NCBI GenBank assembly: GCA_050253415.1
Contig: JBFWJC010000001.1
Coordinates: 288,001 to 352,000 of the forward strand
Origin: Pedobacter sp.
GTDB lineage: Bacteria; Desulfobacterota; Desulfuromonadia; Desulfuromonadales; Syntrophotaleaceae
Direction: 5' to 3'
Length of the DNA stretch: 64,000 bases
Shown here: piece by piece, positions 43,010 to 51,700 of the stretch
Numbering within the stretch: position 1 is the first letter of the stretch
Layout of the letters: each line of letters begins with the position of its first letter
Program-made: the position numbers and the translations under genes
Notes under the pieces: model-generated
What the model saw: only the letters and a program-made list of their open reading frames with translations
Told to the model about the DNA's origin: nothing
The model's database searches: none

Positions 43010-44335
43010 GTGACCCCGCGGTCTTGAAGTTGGATTGGTTTCTTGAAACCGTAACTTCAAGTTCGCCGGTCCCGGCCGGCAGCCGGGTTACTTTCTTTAC
43101 TCGTCTAAAGAAAGTAACCAAAGAAATGACGTAAAATCTGGCTTCGCCGTTATGTCTGGCGCGAGCGAGTTTGCTCAGGGTAGCGTGTCTGCAAATGATA
43201 AGCGGAGCGTCTTCGTAAAGCGCATTTTTCAGCAGAGGTGATACGCATAGCTCGCAGCACAGCTGTTGCCGGAACCGGCGCTGCTTGATTTAATAAACGC
43301 TGTTGCGTTTGTTTTGAGACTTTGCCCTCGATTTCCCCTGTGACGCCGCCGGAGTGGAGCAAACGGCGGGCGAAACAGGCGGAGGACTGAGCGCAGCGAA
43401 TTTTCTCCGCCCGCCCGATGGTTGCGTAGCGCAGGGAACCCGCCGTAGGCGGGCCAGGAGAGGGGCGCACTTTTCTGCTTACTCTTTTGAGGCGTATTAA
43501 AAGAGTAAGGCGCCGGGCGGGGGCGTGACCCCGCGGTCTTGAAGTTGGATTGGTTTCTTGAAACCGTAACTTCAAGTTCGCCGGTCCCGGCCGGCAGCCG
43601 GGTTACTTTCTTTACTCGTCTAAAGAAAGTAACCAAAGAAATGACGTAAAATCTGGCTTCGCCGTTATGTCTGGCGCGAGCGAGTTTGCTCAGGGTAGCG
43701 TGTCTGCAAATGATAAGCGGAGCGTCTTCGTAAAGCGCATTTTTCAGCAGAGGTGATACGCATAGCTCGCAGCACAGCTGTTGCCGGAACCGGCGCTGCT
43801 TGATTTAATAAACGCTGTTGCGTTTGTTTTGAGACTTTGCCCTCGATTTCCCCTGTGACGCCGCCGGAGTGGAGCAAACGGCGGGCGAAACAGGCGGAGG
43901 ACTGAGCGCAGCGAATTTTCTCCGCCCGCCCGATGGTTGCGTAGCGCAGGGAACCCGCCGTAGGCGGGCCAGGAGAGGGGCGCACTTTTCTGCTTACTCT
44001 TTTGAGGCGTATTAAAAGAGTAAGGCGCCGGGCGGGGGCGTGACCCCGCGGTCTTGAAGTTGGATTGGTTTCTTGAAACCTTAACTTCAACTTCGCCGGA
44101 CCCGGCCGGCAGCCGGGTTACTTTCTTTACGCGTCTAAAGAAAGTAACCAAAGAAATGACGCAAAATCTGGCTTCGCCGTTATGTCTGGTGCGCGAGTGG
44201 TTGCCTCAAGGCACCGTACCTGCAAATGATAAACGCAGCGTCTTCGTAGGGCGCATTTTTCAGCAGAGGTGATACGCATAGCTTGCAGCACAGCTGTTGC
44301 AGGAACCGGTGCTGCTGGATTTGGTAAACGCTTTT
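43010..44335. repeat. Tandem repeat with a 515-bp unit (43010-43524, 43525-44039, diverged partial copy 44040-~44335), rich in hairpins
   Basis: GTGACCCCGCGGTCTTGAAG recurs at 43010, 43525 and 44040; the ORF track shows identical 141-aa ORFs offset by 515 bp. Confidence 0.97.
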
Positions 44336-44445
44336 GCCATCGAACGCATTCCTTTTGTGATCCCTCCGGAGACGAGGCTATTGCAAGCAGACGCTGCAAC
44401 GTTTTACATAAACCGTTCAAGGTTCAAAGCATAAAGGAGTATCCC

Positions 44446-45417
44446 ATGAAATTTCCCGAGTACCGGGCACGTCGCACGCGCCGCACCCCGACCCTGCGGA
44501 ACATGGTTCGCGAGACCCAGTTGGCTGTGGACGATCTTATCTATCCGCTGTTCTGTGTCGAGGGCACCGACGTGTGCAATCCCATCAGCTCCATGCCCGG
44601 GGTGTGTCAGCTGTCCATCGACCGGCTGGCGGCAGAGGCCCGCGAGGTCTGGCAACTCGGTATTCCGGCGGTGATCCTGTTCGGCATTCCGGATAGCAAG
44701 GACGCCGAGGGCAGTGAGGGTACCAACGAAAACGGCATCATCCCGCGCGCCATCCGTGTCATCAAGCAGGCGGTGCCGGAGCTGATCGTGGTTACCGATG
44801 TGTGCATGTGCGAGTATACCGATCACGGCCATTGCGGCGTGATTCGCGGCGAGGAGGTCCTCAACGACCCCACCCTCCAGCTGCTATCCATGCAGGCCGT
44901 AGCCCACGCGCGTGCCGGCGCCGATATCATCGCGCCCAGCGACATGATGGACGGTCGGGTGGCGGCCATTCGCCGTGCGCTCGATACCGAGGGATTCGAC
45001 CAGTTGCCGATCATGAGTTATGCTGTCAAATATGCCAGCGCGTTTTACGGGCCGTTTCGCGAGGCGGCGGAATCGGCGCCCCAGTTCGGCGACCGCCGTT
45101 CCTATCAGATGGATCCGGCCAACCGCCGCGAGGCTCTGCGCGAGGCGCAGCTCGATGTGAACGAAAACGCCGATTTTCTTATCGTCAAGCCGGCCATGGC
45201 GTATCTGGATATCCTGCGGGATCTGCGCGAGCGGTTCGATCTGCCGCTGGTGGCCTACAACGTCTCGGGGGAATTCGCCATGCTCAAGGCGGCTGCCCAG
45301 CAGGGCTGGATCGACCATGACAAGGTGATGCTGGAGTTGTTGACCAGCATGAAACGCGCCGGTGCCGATCTGATCATCACCTATCACGCCAAGGAGGCGG
45401 CACGCCTGCTGGCATAA
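44446..45417 (+). CDS. hemB: Porphobilinogen synthase
   Basis: [28 protein letters not shown] and YNVSGE motifs. Confidence 0.97.
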   Translation: MKFPEYRARRTRRTPTLRNMVRETQLAVDDLIYPLFCVEGTDVCNPISSMPGVCQLSIDRLAAEAREVWQLGIPAVILFGIPDSKDAEGSEGTNENGIIPRAIRVIKQAVPELIVVTDVCMCEYTDHGHCGVIRGEEVLNDPTLQLLSMQAVAHARAGADIIAPSDMMDGRVAAIRRALDTEGFDQLPIMSYAVKYASAFYGPFREAAESAPQFGDRRSYQMDPANRREALREAQLDVNENADFLIVKPAMAYLDILRDLRERFDLPLVAYNVSGEFAMLKAAAQQGWIDHDKVMLELLTSMKRAGADLIITYHAKEAARLLA

Positions 45418-45445
45418 ACCTGAACCTTGCAGGATTGTATGGACT

Positions 45446-46120
45446 ATGCCCGATACGCCCCGTGACGACAAAACGCTGACTCGCGTCGAAACCATTACCG
45501 CCGTAATCCATTACTATCGGGCGGAATCGGCGCGCGCGCTGGCCTGGCGCGAGCGTCTCGATCGCACCACCAACTGGGCGGTGGCAGCCACGGCGGCGTT
45601 TCTGGGGTTTGCCTTCAGCCACCCCGAGATCACCCATGCTGCCTTTATGTTCGGGCTGGCCATGGTCTACATCCTGCTCATCGTCGAGGCGCGGCGCTTC
45701 CGTTTCTACGATGCTTATGAATTTCGGGTGCGATTGCTGCACCAGGAGTTCGTTGCCAATCTGCTCAAGGGGCGGCTCGATCTGTCCGCCGAGGCGCCCT
45801 GGCGCACTGATCTTGCCGATGATCTGTTGCACCCCCGCTACAAAATGGACCTTCTGCATGCGGTCGGGCAGCGTATCCACGCCAATTACATCTACCTGTT
45901 CGGCGTGCTGCTGGGCGGCTGGTTGTTGAAGATCAAACTGCATCCCCTCATCGCACGGTCCTGGAGCCAGTACCTCGATCAGGCGGCGGTCGGCGGCCTG
46001 CCCGGCGTCTGGACTCTGTTGTTCATGGCGGTGTTTGCCGCCCATCTTGTTTATCTGCGTTACGTCGGGCAGCAGGCCAAAGGCGGTCGCGACCTGATCT
46101 ATCCCAGGCAGGGCAGCTGA
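45446..46120 (+). CDS. DUF2270-like membrane protein
   Basis: HYYRAE..WRERLDRTTNWAV and EARRFRFYD motifs. Confidence 0.75.
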   Translation: MPDTPRDDKTLTRVETITAVIHYYRAESARALAWRERLDRTTNWAVAATAAFLGFAFSHPEITHAAFMFGLAMVYILLIVEARRFRFYDAYEFRVRLLHQEFVANLLKGRLDLSAEAPWRTDLADDLLHPRYKMDLLHAVGQRIHANYIYLFGVLLGGWLLKIKLHPLIARSWSQYLDQAAVGGLPGVWTLLFMAVFAAHLVYLRYVGQQAKGGRDLIYPRQGS

Positions 46121-46169
46121 ACATGCTGTTTGCCATACCTGACACCATCTTCCATCGGAAACATACTGC

Positions 46170-47471
46170 ATGACTGAATATTTCAAGGATACCCTGGCCA
46201 ACGGACTGCGACTGGTCACGGTGGAAATGCCGCATCTGCACAGCGTCGAGATGGTCTGCCACGTCGGCGTCGGCGGACGCCACGAGCAGCACGACAAGGC
46301 CGGTATTTCACACTTTCTGGAACACATGCTGTTTCGCGGCACCCATGACTATCCCACGGGGCTGGCGCTGGAATCGGCTTTCGAGGCTCTTGGCGGCACC
46401 GCCAACGCCGCCACCGACGGCGAGACCACCTGCTACCATTCACGCCTGCATCCCGAGCACGTGGCCGAGGGCACCGCGATATTCGCCTCCCTGTTGCGCC
46501 GCACGCTGCTCAGCGATATAGACATCGAACGCCGCATCATCCTCGAGGAGGCCCTTGAAGACCTCAACGAAGCCGGCGAAGAGATCAATCCGGACAATTT
46601 GACCTGCAGCCTGCTGTGGCCGGATCACCCCTTGAGCCTGCCGACCGTCGGCACCCACGAATCGGTGCAGAACCTGACCCGCGAGGACCTACAGCAGCAT
46701 CTCGACACCTGGTACACCCCCGGCAATATCGTCATCGCCATCGCCGGCCGCGTCACCCGCGAGCAGGCCCTGGCCGCCGTCGAAGCCGCCTTCGGCGACT
46801 GGCAGGATCGCCCCGTGCCCACCGCACTGCCCGCTCCGACGCCGCTCGATAACGGTCCGTTGACCGTCTGGACGCGCGACGCCTCTTCGCAGATCCAGCT
46901 GCAACTGGCGTTTAATGTACCCGGCCGTAACGATCCGCGCACCCCGGCGCTGCGCCTGATCCGGCGCATCCTGTCCGGCAGCAGCGCGCGCCTGATGGTG
47001 CGCCTGCGGGAGCAGCTCGGACTTACCTACCATGCCGAAGCCAACCTCGGGCTGTACGACGATTGCGGCGTGTTTTCCATCGACCTCGCGGTGGCCCCGA
47101 CCAGCTTGATGCAGGCCTTGCAGGAAGTGCTGCTGATGCTGGACGATCTGCGCAACAACCCCGCCGGAGAAGAAGAACTGCAGCGGGTGGTGCGCACCTT
47201 CGTGTACGAACAGGAATTCAGCCTCGATCAGGCCGACACCCGCGCCGGTCGCTTCGGCTGGGGCGAACTGGTCGGCTATCCCCTGACCCTGGCCGAAGAA
47301 TGCCGCCAGGTGCAGGCCCTGACCGCCGCCCAGGTACGCGATGTCGCCGCCCAACTGCTCGATCCCAAGGCTCTGGCCGTGGCGTTTGTCGGGCCGTTTA
47401 ATGCGCGTCAGCGTAAAGAGGTGGAGAAGCTGCTGGCAGGGTATGTGGATAAGAAGAGCAAAGCTATTTAA
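46170..47471 (+). CDS. M16 family zinc peptidase
   Basis: HFLEH (HXXEH) motif. Confidence 0.92.
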   Translation: MTEYFKDTLANGLRLVTVEMPHLHSVEMVCHVGVGGRHEQHDKAGISHFLEHMLFRGTHDYPTGLALESAFEALGGTANAATDGETTCYHSRLHPEHVAEGTAIFASLLRRTLLSDIDIERRIILEEALEDLNEAGEEINPDNLTCSLLWPDHPLSLPTVGTHESVQNLTREDLQQHLDTWYTPGNIVIAIAGRVTREQALAAVEAAFGDWQDRPVPTALPAPTPLDNGPLTVWTRDASSQIQLQLAFNVPGRNDPRTPALRLIRRILSGSSARLMVRLREQLGLTYHAEANLGLYDDCGVFSIDLAVAPTSLMQALQEVLLMLDDLRNNPAGEEELQRVVRTFVYEQEFSLDQADTRAGRFGWGELVGYPLTLAEECRQVQALTAAQVRDVAAQLLDPKALAVAFVGPFNARQRKEVEKLLAGYVDKKSKAI

Positions 47472-47699
47472 CCGCTGAGTACGCCGAGTTCGCGGAGATA
47501 AGCATGTGATTTAAGGATGTGCCCTCCGCGGTCTTTGCGATCTCATCGGAGAGATGCTTGTCTTTTGGGATGGTTAGCACAGGCTTCAAACATTAGAATA
47601 TTTGACAGGTCAAGTTCTTTGCCGGTATTTATGAATGCGTTTTTAATTCGATGCCGGAGGGGACATGCAGTTGGTGCGTCAGCCCAGAGTCAATAAATC

Positions 47700-47741
47700 A
47701 GAGCCGCTTGGCCGGATATAATCCGGTGGGCGGCTCTTTTT
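47700..47741 (+). terminator. Intrinsic terminator upstream of the cassette array
   Basis: AGAGCCGC..GCGGCTCT stem followed by a T run. Confidence 0.7.
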
Positions 47742-47783
47742 GTTGCGATATTCGGGGACTATCAGTAGGTAGAAAAATGGAGA

Positions 47784-47889
47784 GGATATTTTCCACTTTT
47801 ACTCCTTTAATAATTCAATAAGTGGAAAATAGTCCATGCTATAGGGGTGATATGATGGAAAATTTTCCACTTAACAACAATGTTGAAAT
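47784..47889 (+). other. Candidate integron attI site (crossover at G47882|TT)
   Basis: ACTTAAC-N6-GTTGAAATC. GTTGAAATC is the exact reverse complement of GATTTCAAC at the end of cassette 1. Repeated TTTTCCACT/AGTGGAAAA motifs lie upstream. Confidence 0.65.
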
Positions 47890-47903
47890 CTCCAGGGAGA
47901 AAT

Positions 47904-48215
47904 ATGAAAAATTATATTTTGGCTTTCTTTTGTTTTGCCATACCAGCATACCTTCTCTCAGGTTTGTTCGGGCTTGCTCCTTACCTAAAAATGCTAGGCC
48001 CTGCTCAACTTGCTATAAAGCTCATGCTTCTTGGTGGTTTTGTTTTTGTTCTAGTGTCGTTTTGGAAACTGGAGAGCCTCACCACGGATGATAAGCTTTT
48101 TTGGACAATAGGCACTCTGTTCGTAGTGCCTATAGGTCTTCCTTTGCTTTATTTCAAACTTAGCAAAGAGATGCAGCAGACCGATTTCAACCAAGCGGTG
48201 CACTCGGACGGGTGA
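47904..48215 (+). CDS. Cassette 1: small membrane protein
   Basis: AGGGAG RBS; three hydrophobic segments; stop codon lies inside attC1. Confidence 0.75.
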   Translation: MKNYILAFFCFAIPAYLLSGLFGLAPYLKMLGPAQLAIKLMLLGGFVFVLVSFWKLESLTTDDKLFWTIGTLFVVPIGLPLLYFKLSKEMQQTDFNQAVHSDG

Positions 48216-48289
48216 AACAGGGGCGATTCTCGTTTAGGTGTCTACCTGGCCTTACCGTCTCGTCGCCGCCGGTGACCTCAACGTTAGGC
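48185..48289 (+). other. attC1 (105 bp)
   Basis: TTTCAAC-N5-GGT[G]CAC[T]CGG[A]CGG ... CCGCCGGTGACC-N5-GTTAGGC. Confidence 0.9.
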
Positions 48290-48293
48290 GTCT

Positions 48294-48770
48294 ATGAGAC
48301 TACATATCCTTGTCCTTGCATTAGCTGTTTTCGTAGCAGTAAGCTGCTCAGCAGCGAAGCACGCCGACATTTTTGCTCAGTCAAAATGTAAGAAAGGCTA
48401 TGAGTATTACTTTCTTAACCGGGCCGCTTCAGGCGGTGACCTATTCGGGGTCCAATTGCTTCTTGAAGGCGGTGCCAACGTTGATGGACTTGGCTATGAA
48501 AACTACATCGAATTTGGTGGCGGCATGGAATACAGCTCACCGTTAATGGTCGCGGTCTTCGTTTACGCTCACGAAGCTATGGAGGGAGATCCTAAGAGAG
48601 TTGATCGTGCGTCTGTGCTCAAGGAATCGGAAGAAATGGTTGAGTTACTTCTCAAGCACGGGGCCAATCCAAATATCAAGGAAGGAGAAGGAGGCACACC
48701 GCTTGATATAGCAAAGCAGCTCAAGCACGAACACTCCATTCGGTTGCTTGAAAAGTATGGAGCGAAATAA
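48294..48770 (+). CDS. Cassette 2: exported ankyrin-repeat protein (probable lipoprotein)
   Basis: Signal peptide with AVSC; LLLEGGANV and LLLKHGANPN..TPLDIA. Confidence 0.85.
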   Translation: MRLHILVLALAVFVAVSCSAAKHADIFAQSKCKKGYEYYFLNRAASGGDLFGVQLLLEGGANVDGLGYENYIEFGGGMEYSSPLMVAVFVYAHEAMEGDPKRVDRASVLKESEEMVELLLKHGANPNIKEGEGGTPLDIAKQLKHEHSIRLLEKYGAK

Positions 48771-48771
48771 T

Positions 48772-48888
48772 GCCTAACAAGTTTATCAAGCGGATGGAAA
48801 ATAGCAGGGTGCTTCCCGAGAAACAAAATCAAATTGCGGTAGTAGGCCGAACCGTCGCGTCGCCACCGCTTATCGCCAAACGTTAGGA
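48772..48888 (+). other. attC2 (117 bp)
   Basis: GCCTAAC..ATCAAGCGGATGG ... CCACCGCTTAT..GTTAGGA. Confidence 0.9.
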
Positions 48889-48894
48889 TTTTAA

Positions 48895-49467
48895 GTGAAA
48901 AAAATCATTCTCGTCTTATTGCTACTTCTTATTTCTGTTCCTGTGGCTGCCGAAATTGAGAAAAATGCTATCCCTAGTGAGAATGGTTTTGATTTGTATT
49001 GGTGGCCAGTTTTGCCCAAAGTTGATGGATGGCATCAAGATGAGGGTAGTAGTTATCGGTATAGCGCGAACACACAAGCTCCCGACGGGGCAGCTTTTTC
49101 AAATGCTGAATCAGTAATATATGCAAAGGCGCTTTATAAACCCAGGATGCCAGACACAAAGTCATTAGAGCAATTCATCGCCGAAGACATAGAAGAGTTC
49201 AAGAAATCTCAGAGTGCTTTGGCAATTGAAAAGTCTGGATTGATCAAAACGAAAGACAATAAAACCCTAGAAACATATAGATTTTCCCCAAAGGGTGAGG
49301 GCAATTGGGAAAAGGTTGCGTATGGCGAAGAGGGTGACTTTTATTTGGTCTTCACCCTGTCGTCAAGGACCGAACAGGGCTACACAGCCACTCTGCCCAC
49401 GTTTAAAGAGTTTATTCAAAACTACGAAGAGCATCCTAACCACCAGATCAAGGCGGACGAAAAATAG
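48895..49467 (+). CDS. Cassette 3: exported hypothetical protein
   Basis: GTG start; signal peptide MKKIILVLLLLLISVPVAA; stop codon lies inside attC3. Confidence 0.8.
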   Translation: MKKIILVLLLLLISVPVAAEIEKNAIPSENGFDLYWWPVLPKVDGWHQDEGSSYRYSANTQAPDGAAFSNAESVIYAKALYKPRMPDTKSLEQFIAEDIEEFKKSQSALAIEKSGLIKTKDNKTLETYRFSPKGEGNWEKVAYGEEGDFYLVFTLSSRTEQGYTATLPTFKEFIQNYEEHPNHQIKADEK

Positions 49468-49544
49468 CTGGGTGCGTCCCGAAAGGCAAAATTTCGGTGG
49501 TGCCCGTACAGGCGCGTCGTCGCCGCTTATCTCAAACGTTAGGC
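49434..49544 (+). other. attC3 (111 bp)
   Basis: TCCTAAC..AGATCAAGGCGGACGA ... TCGCCGCTTATCT..GTTAGGC. Confidence 0.9.
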
Positions 49545-49556
49545 TCTTTAATAATT

Positions 49557-49898
49557 ATGATTCCAGACCATATTCCAGTAATTGACATTAGTTATCACTA
49601 TGGCGCGAACAAAAATAAAGACTATAGAGAGAAGTGCTTACAAATAGGCACGGCAATAATTACGGTATTTTCAGAATTTGAATTTATTGAAAATAATCAA
49701 GTAGCAATATCTAGACAAAAAGAATCACCTGAATCATTCAAGCTTACTTTTGGGGAACTTTCCGACACAGGGCATCAGTTCTGTATCGAACATTTAGACA
49801 AATGGCTTTCATCTCTCGACAGGCTTAAGGATCGTTCCGAAAGCAATTATATTAAGACTCTGCGAAATAGAGCCCTAAAATTTAAAAAATCAGCCTAA
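49557..49898 (+). CDS. Cassette 4: hypothetical protein
   Basis: ORF fills the cassette; stop is the TAA of GCCTAAC. Confidence 0.8.
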   Translation: MIPDHIPVIDISYHYGANKNKDYREKCLQIGTAIITVFSEFEFIENNQVAISRQKESPESFKLTFGELSDTGHQFCIEHLDKWLSSLDRLKDRSESNYIKTLRNRALKFKKSA

Positions 49899-49999
49899 CC
49901 AGCGCATCAAGGCGGACGAAAAATAGCTTGGAGGTTCTCGAATGCATTCTACTCAATTGATCCGGCGCGTCGTCGCCGCTTATGCGTAACCCGTTAGCC
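49893..49999 (+). other. attC4 (107 bp)
   Basis: GCCTAAC..CGCATCAAGGCGGACGA ... TCGCCGCTTATGCG..GTTAGCC. Confidence 0.9.
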
Positions 50000-50008
50000 G
50001 TCTATATA

Positions 50009-50635
50009 ATGCCTATGATTGAAATTTACCCATTTGAAGATCGTGCAAAGTTAATAATAAACGGTGAAGAATGCCGAGAATTTGAACTTGATGAAATTTA
50101 CGGATTGCCTTGCTATCGCCTTGAAGGTGAGACTTCAGTTGAAGACTTGTTTAATATCCCTCTTGACAAGTTTCCGAATGATACGACATTTGAGGTCAAT
50201 TCAAGAAAGGAGATCCTTCAATACTTCAAGTTTTTCGAGTTAACAAGAAAAGGTGACATCTTTTACACATCCTTTGTTTGCTCCTTGTACCCACTCGAAT
50301 GGAGCTTTCCCTGGAACATAAATTCTTTCTTCAAAGCAATTGAAGAGGCAACATATGCCATCGCAGGCAATGGAGCCGACTTCATAAATGAGCTTGACGA
50401 GGACTTTAGTTATTATCACTTTTGTATAAATTTAAAAACCGAGGCAAACAAGGTTTGTCTTGGCGAAATCATAAAGAAGCATGTAAACACTATTAAAAAA
50501 ATACATGATTCAACCTGCTCTAAATTGGAGCGCGATAGCAAGAATGAGGACATAATAGAAATCAAACCAAACTTTTTTGGGCTTGGCATCAATGTAAATG
50601 CTCTTTTTCGATGGTTGTTCAAAAGAAATGGCTAA
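50009..50635 (+). CDS. Cassette 5: hypothetical protein
   Basis: ORF fills the cassette; stop lies within GGCTAAC. Confidence 0.8.
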   Translation: MPMIEIYPFEDRAKLIINGEECREFELDEIYGLPCYRLEGETSVEDLFNIPLDKFPNDTTFEVNSRKEILQYFKFFELTRKGDIFYTSFVCSLYPLEWSFPWNINSFFKAIEEATYAIAGNGADFINELDEDFSYYHFCINLKTEANKVCLGEIIKKHVNTIKKIHDSTCSKLERDSKNEDIIEIKPNFFGLGINVNALFRWLFKRNG

Positions 50636-50734
50636 CCATTTGATCGAGCGGGACGAAAGAAAGCTGGCTGCTTCCCGAAAAATGAGGTGCTGGCCGCCCA
50701 GGTATACCGTCGCCCCTCATCAGTGACGTTAGGC
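50630..50734 (+). other. attC5 (105 bp)
   Basis: GGCTAAC..TGATCGAGCGGGACGA ... TCGCCCCTCATCA..GTTAGGC. Confidence 0.9.
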
Positions 50735-50746
50735 GTTAAAAATTAA

Positions 50747-51166
50747 ATGAGAATCACAAAGAAAGGAAAATTTGGTTCTGAATTAATGCGACTTGTCGCA
50801 AGCAAATTGCGTCTTGGCAGAAATCTCGTCAGCAACCACCGAGATTATTGTGGCTATGGTTTGTTCTACGAAAACAATCAATATAATATGGGCATTGCTC
50901 ATGACGGCACATTTGACCAAAAAGAAATCATTCATTCATGGAACAAAACAGAAGAGTTTATAGCCTACTTTGCACCACTTACAGACTTTAAGTGCAGTGG
51001 AAAAGCAAAGGAGGAATTGTTTTCAAACGGCCCAATAGAAAATCAAAGAATAACAAAATCAAGGTTAATCGAATTTTTAGGTGAGTACGGGTTATGCCCC
51101 ACTTGCAATGAAATATTATTCAGCACAAAAGCAATACAATGTCCACATTGCAAAGTAAAATGGTAA
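50747..51166 (+). CDS. Cassette 6: hypothetical protein with C-terminal zinc ribbon
   Basis: CPTC..CPHC motif. Confidence 0.8.
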   Translation: MRITKKGKFGSELMRLVASKLRLGRNLVSNHRDYCGYGLFYENNQYNMGIAHDGTFDQKEIIHSWNKTEEFIAYFAPLTDFKCSGKAKEELFSNGPIENQRITKSRLIEFLGEYGLCPTCNEILFSTKAIQCPHCKVKW

Positions 51167-51229
51167 AAAACGCCTAACACTTATCAGGCCCCCGGCCGTC
51201 AAGAGTAAAAAATTCCGTTAACGCAAAAG

Positions 51230-51700
51230 ATTGCTCCTTTGGTTCTTTGACAAGCGACTGATCAAACAGGCTTACCGGTCTCTGACTTGGGCTTACCCTC
51301 TGGCTGCAGACGAATTCTGCTCCAAACACTTATCGAGGCTCTTTATGCAGGAGCCGGTATTCGTTGCCCCGGTACTTCCTGCCGCCTGGAAACACTTGCG
51401 TAACCTTATGCCGTCCCATTCAATACATCGGGGTCCATCCACCTTCGATGGCCGCAGTTAGGTGCGGGATCGGGGAAGGGGCAGAATCCGGCGCTGGCCC
51501 GTTTCGAGCATCGCACGAAAGTATGTGGGAGCGAGACGGATCTCCAATCAAAACCAATTGGCTGACGCTGGTCGACTGATCATGCGGCCTTGGTTGCGGA
51601 GTCTTTGCTCCAGAAGTCTGCGCTTCATATCGGCCGTTCTTGCGATCTATCCGTGGTTTGTGTCGCCAGTTAGACTCTCAGGCTGACCCGTCCCCTCCCT
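51230..51700 (-). ncRNA. Putative bridge/seek RNA of the IS110 element; ends approximate
   Basis: Structured region 3' of the transposase with segments matching the attC target (GUCUAAC/GUUUUG, ACCUAAC/GUAUUG) and the IS circle junction (GAUAAGUG). Confidence 0.7.

Noticed and set aside
43150..44420. ORFs of 72-141 aa inside the 515-bp repeat
   Set aside because: They are duplicated with the repeat, overlap in several frames, cross hairpins and show no recognisable motif; most likely non-coding.
47472..47880. Possible intI gene or remnant upstream of the array
   Set aside because: No ORF or tyrosine-recombinase motif was recognisable on either strand in this 400-bp gap.
51255..51582. 10-nt direct repeat CGACTGATCA at 51255 and 51573
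   Set aside because: Matches neither the target nor the donor junction; no role assignable and could be chance.
51231..51686. Short plus-strand ORFs in the IS 3' region
   Set aside because: No clear RBS or motifs; the region is better explained as a structured RNA on the minus strand.
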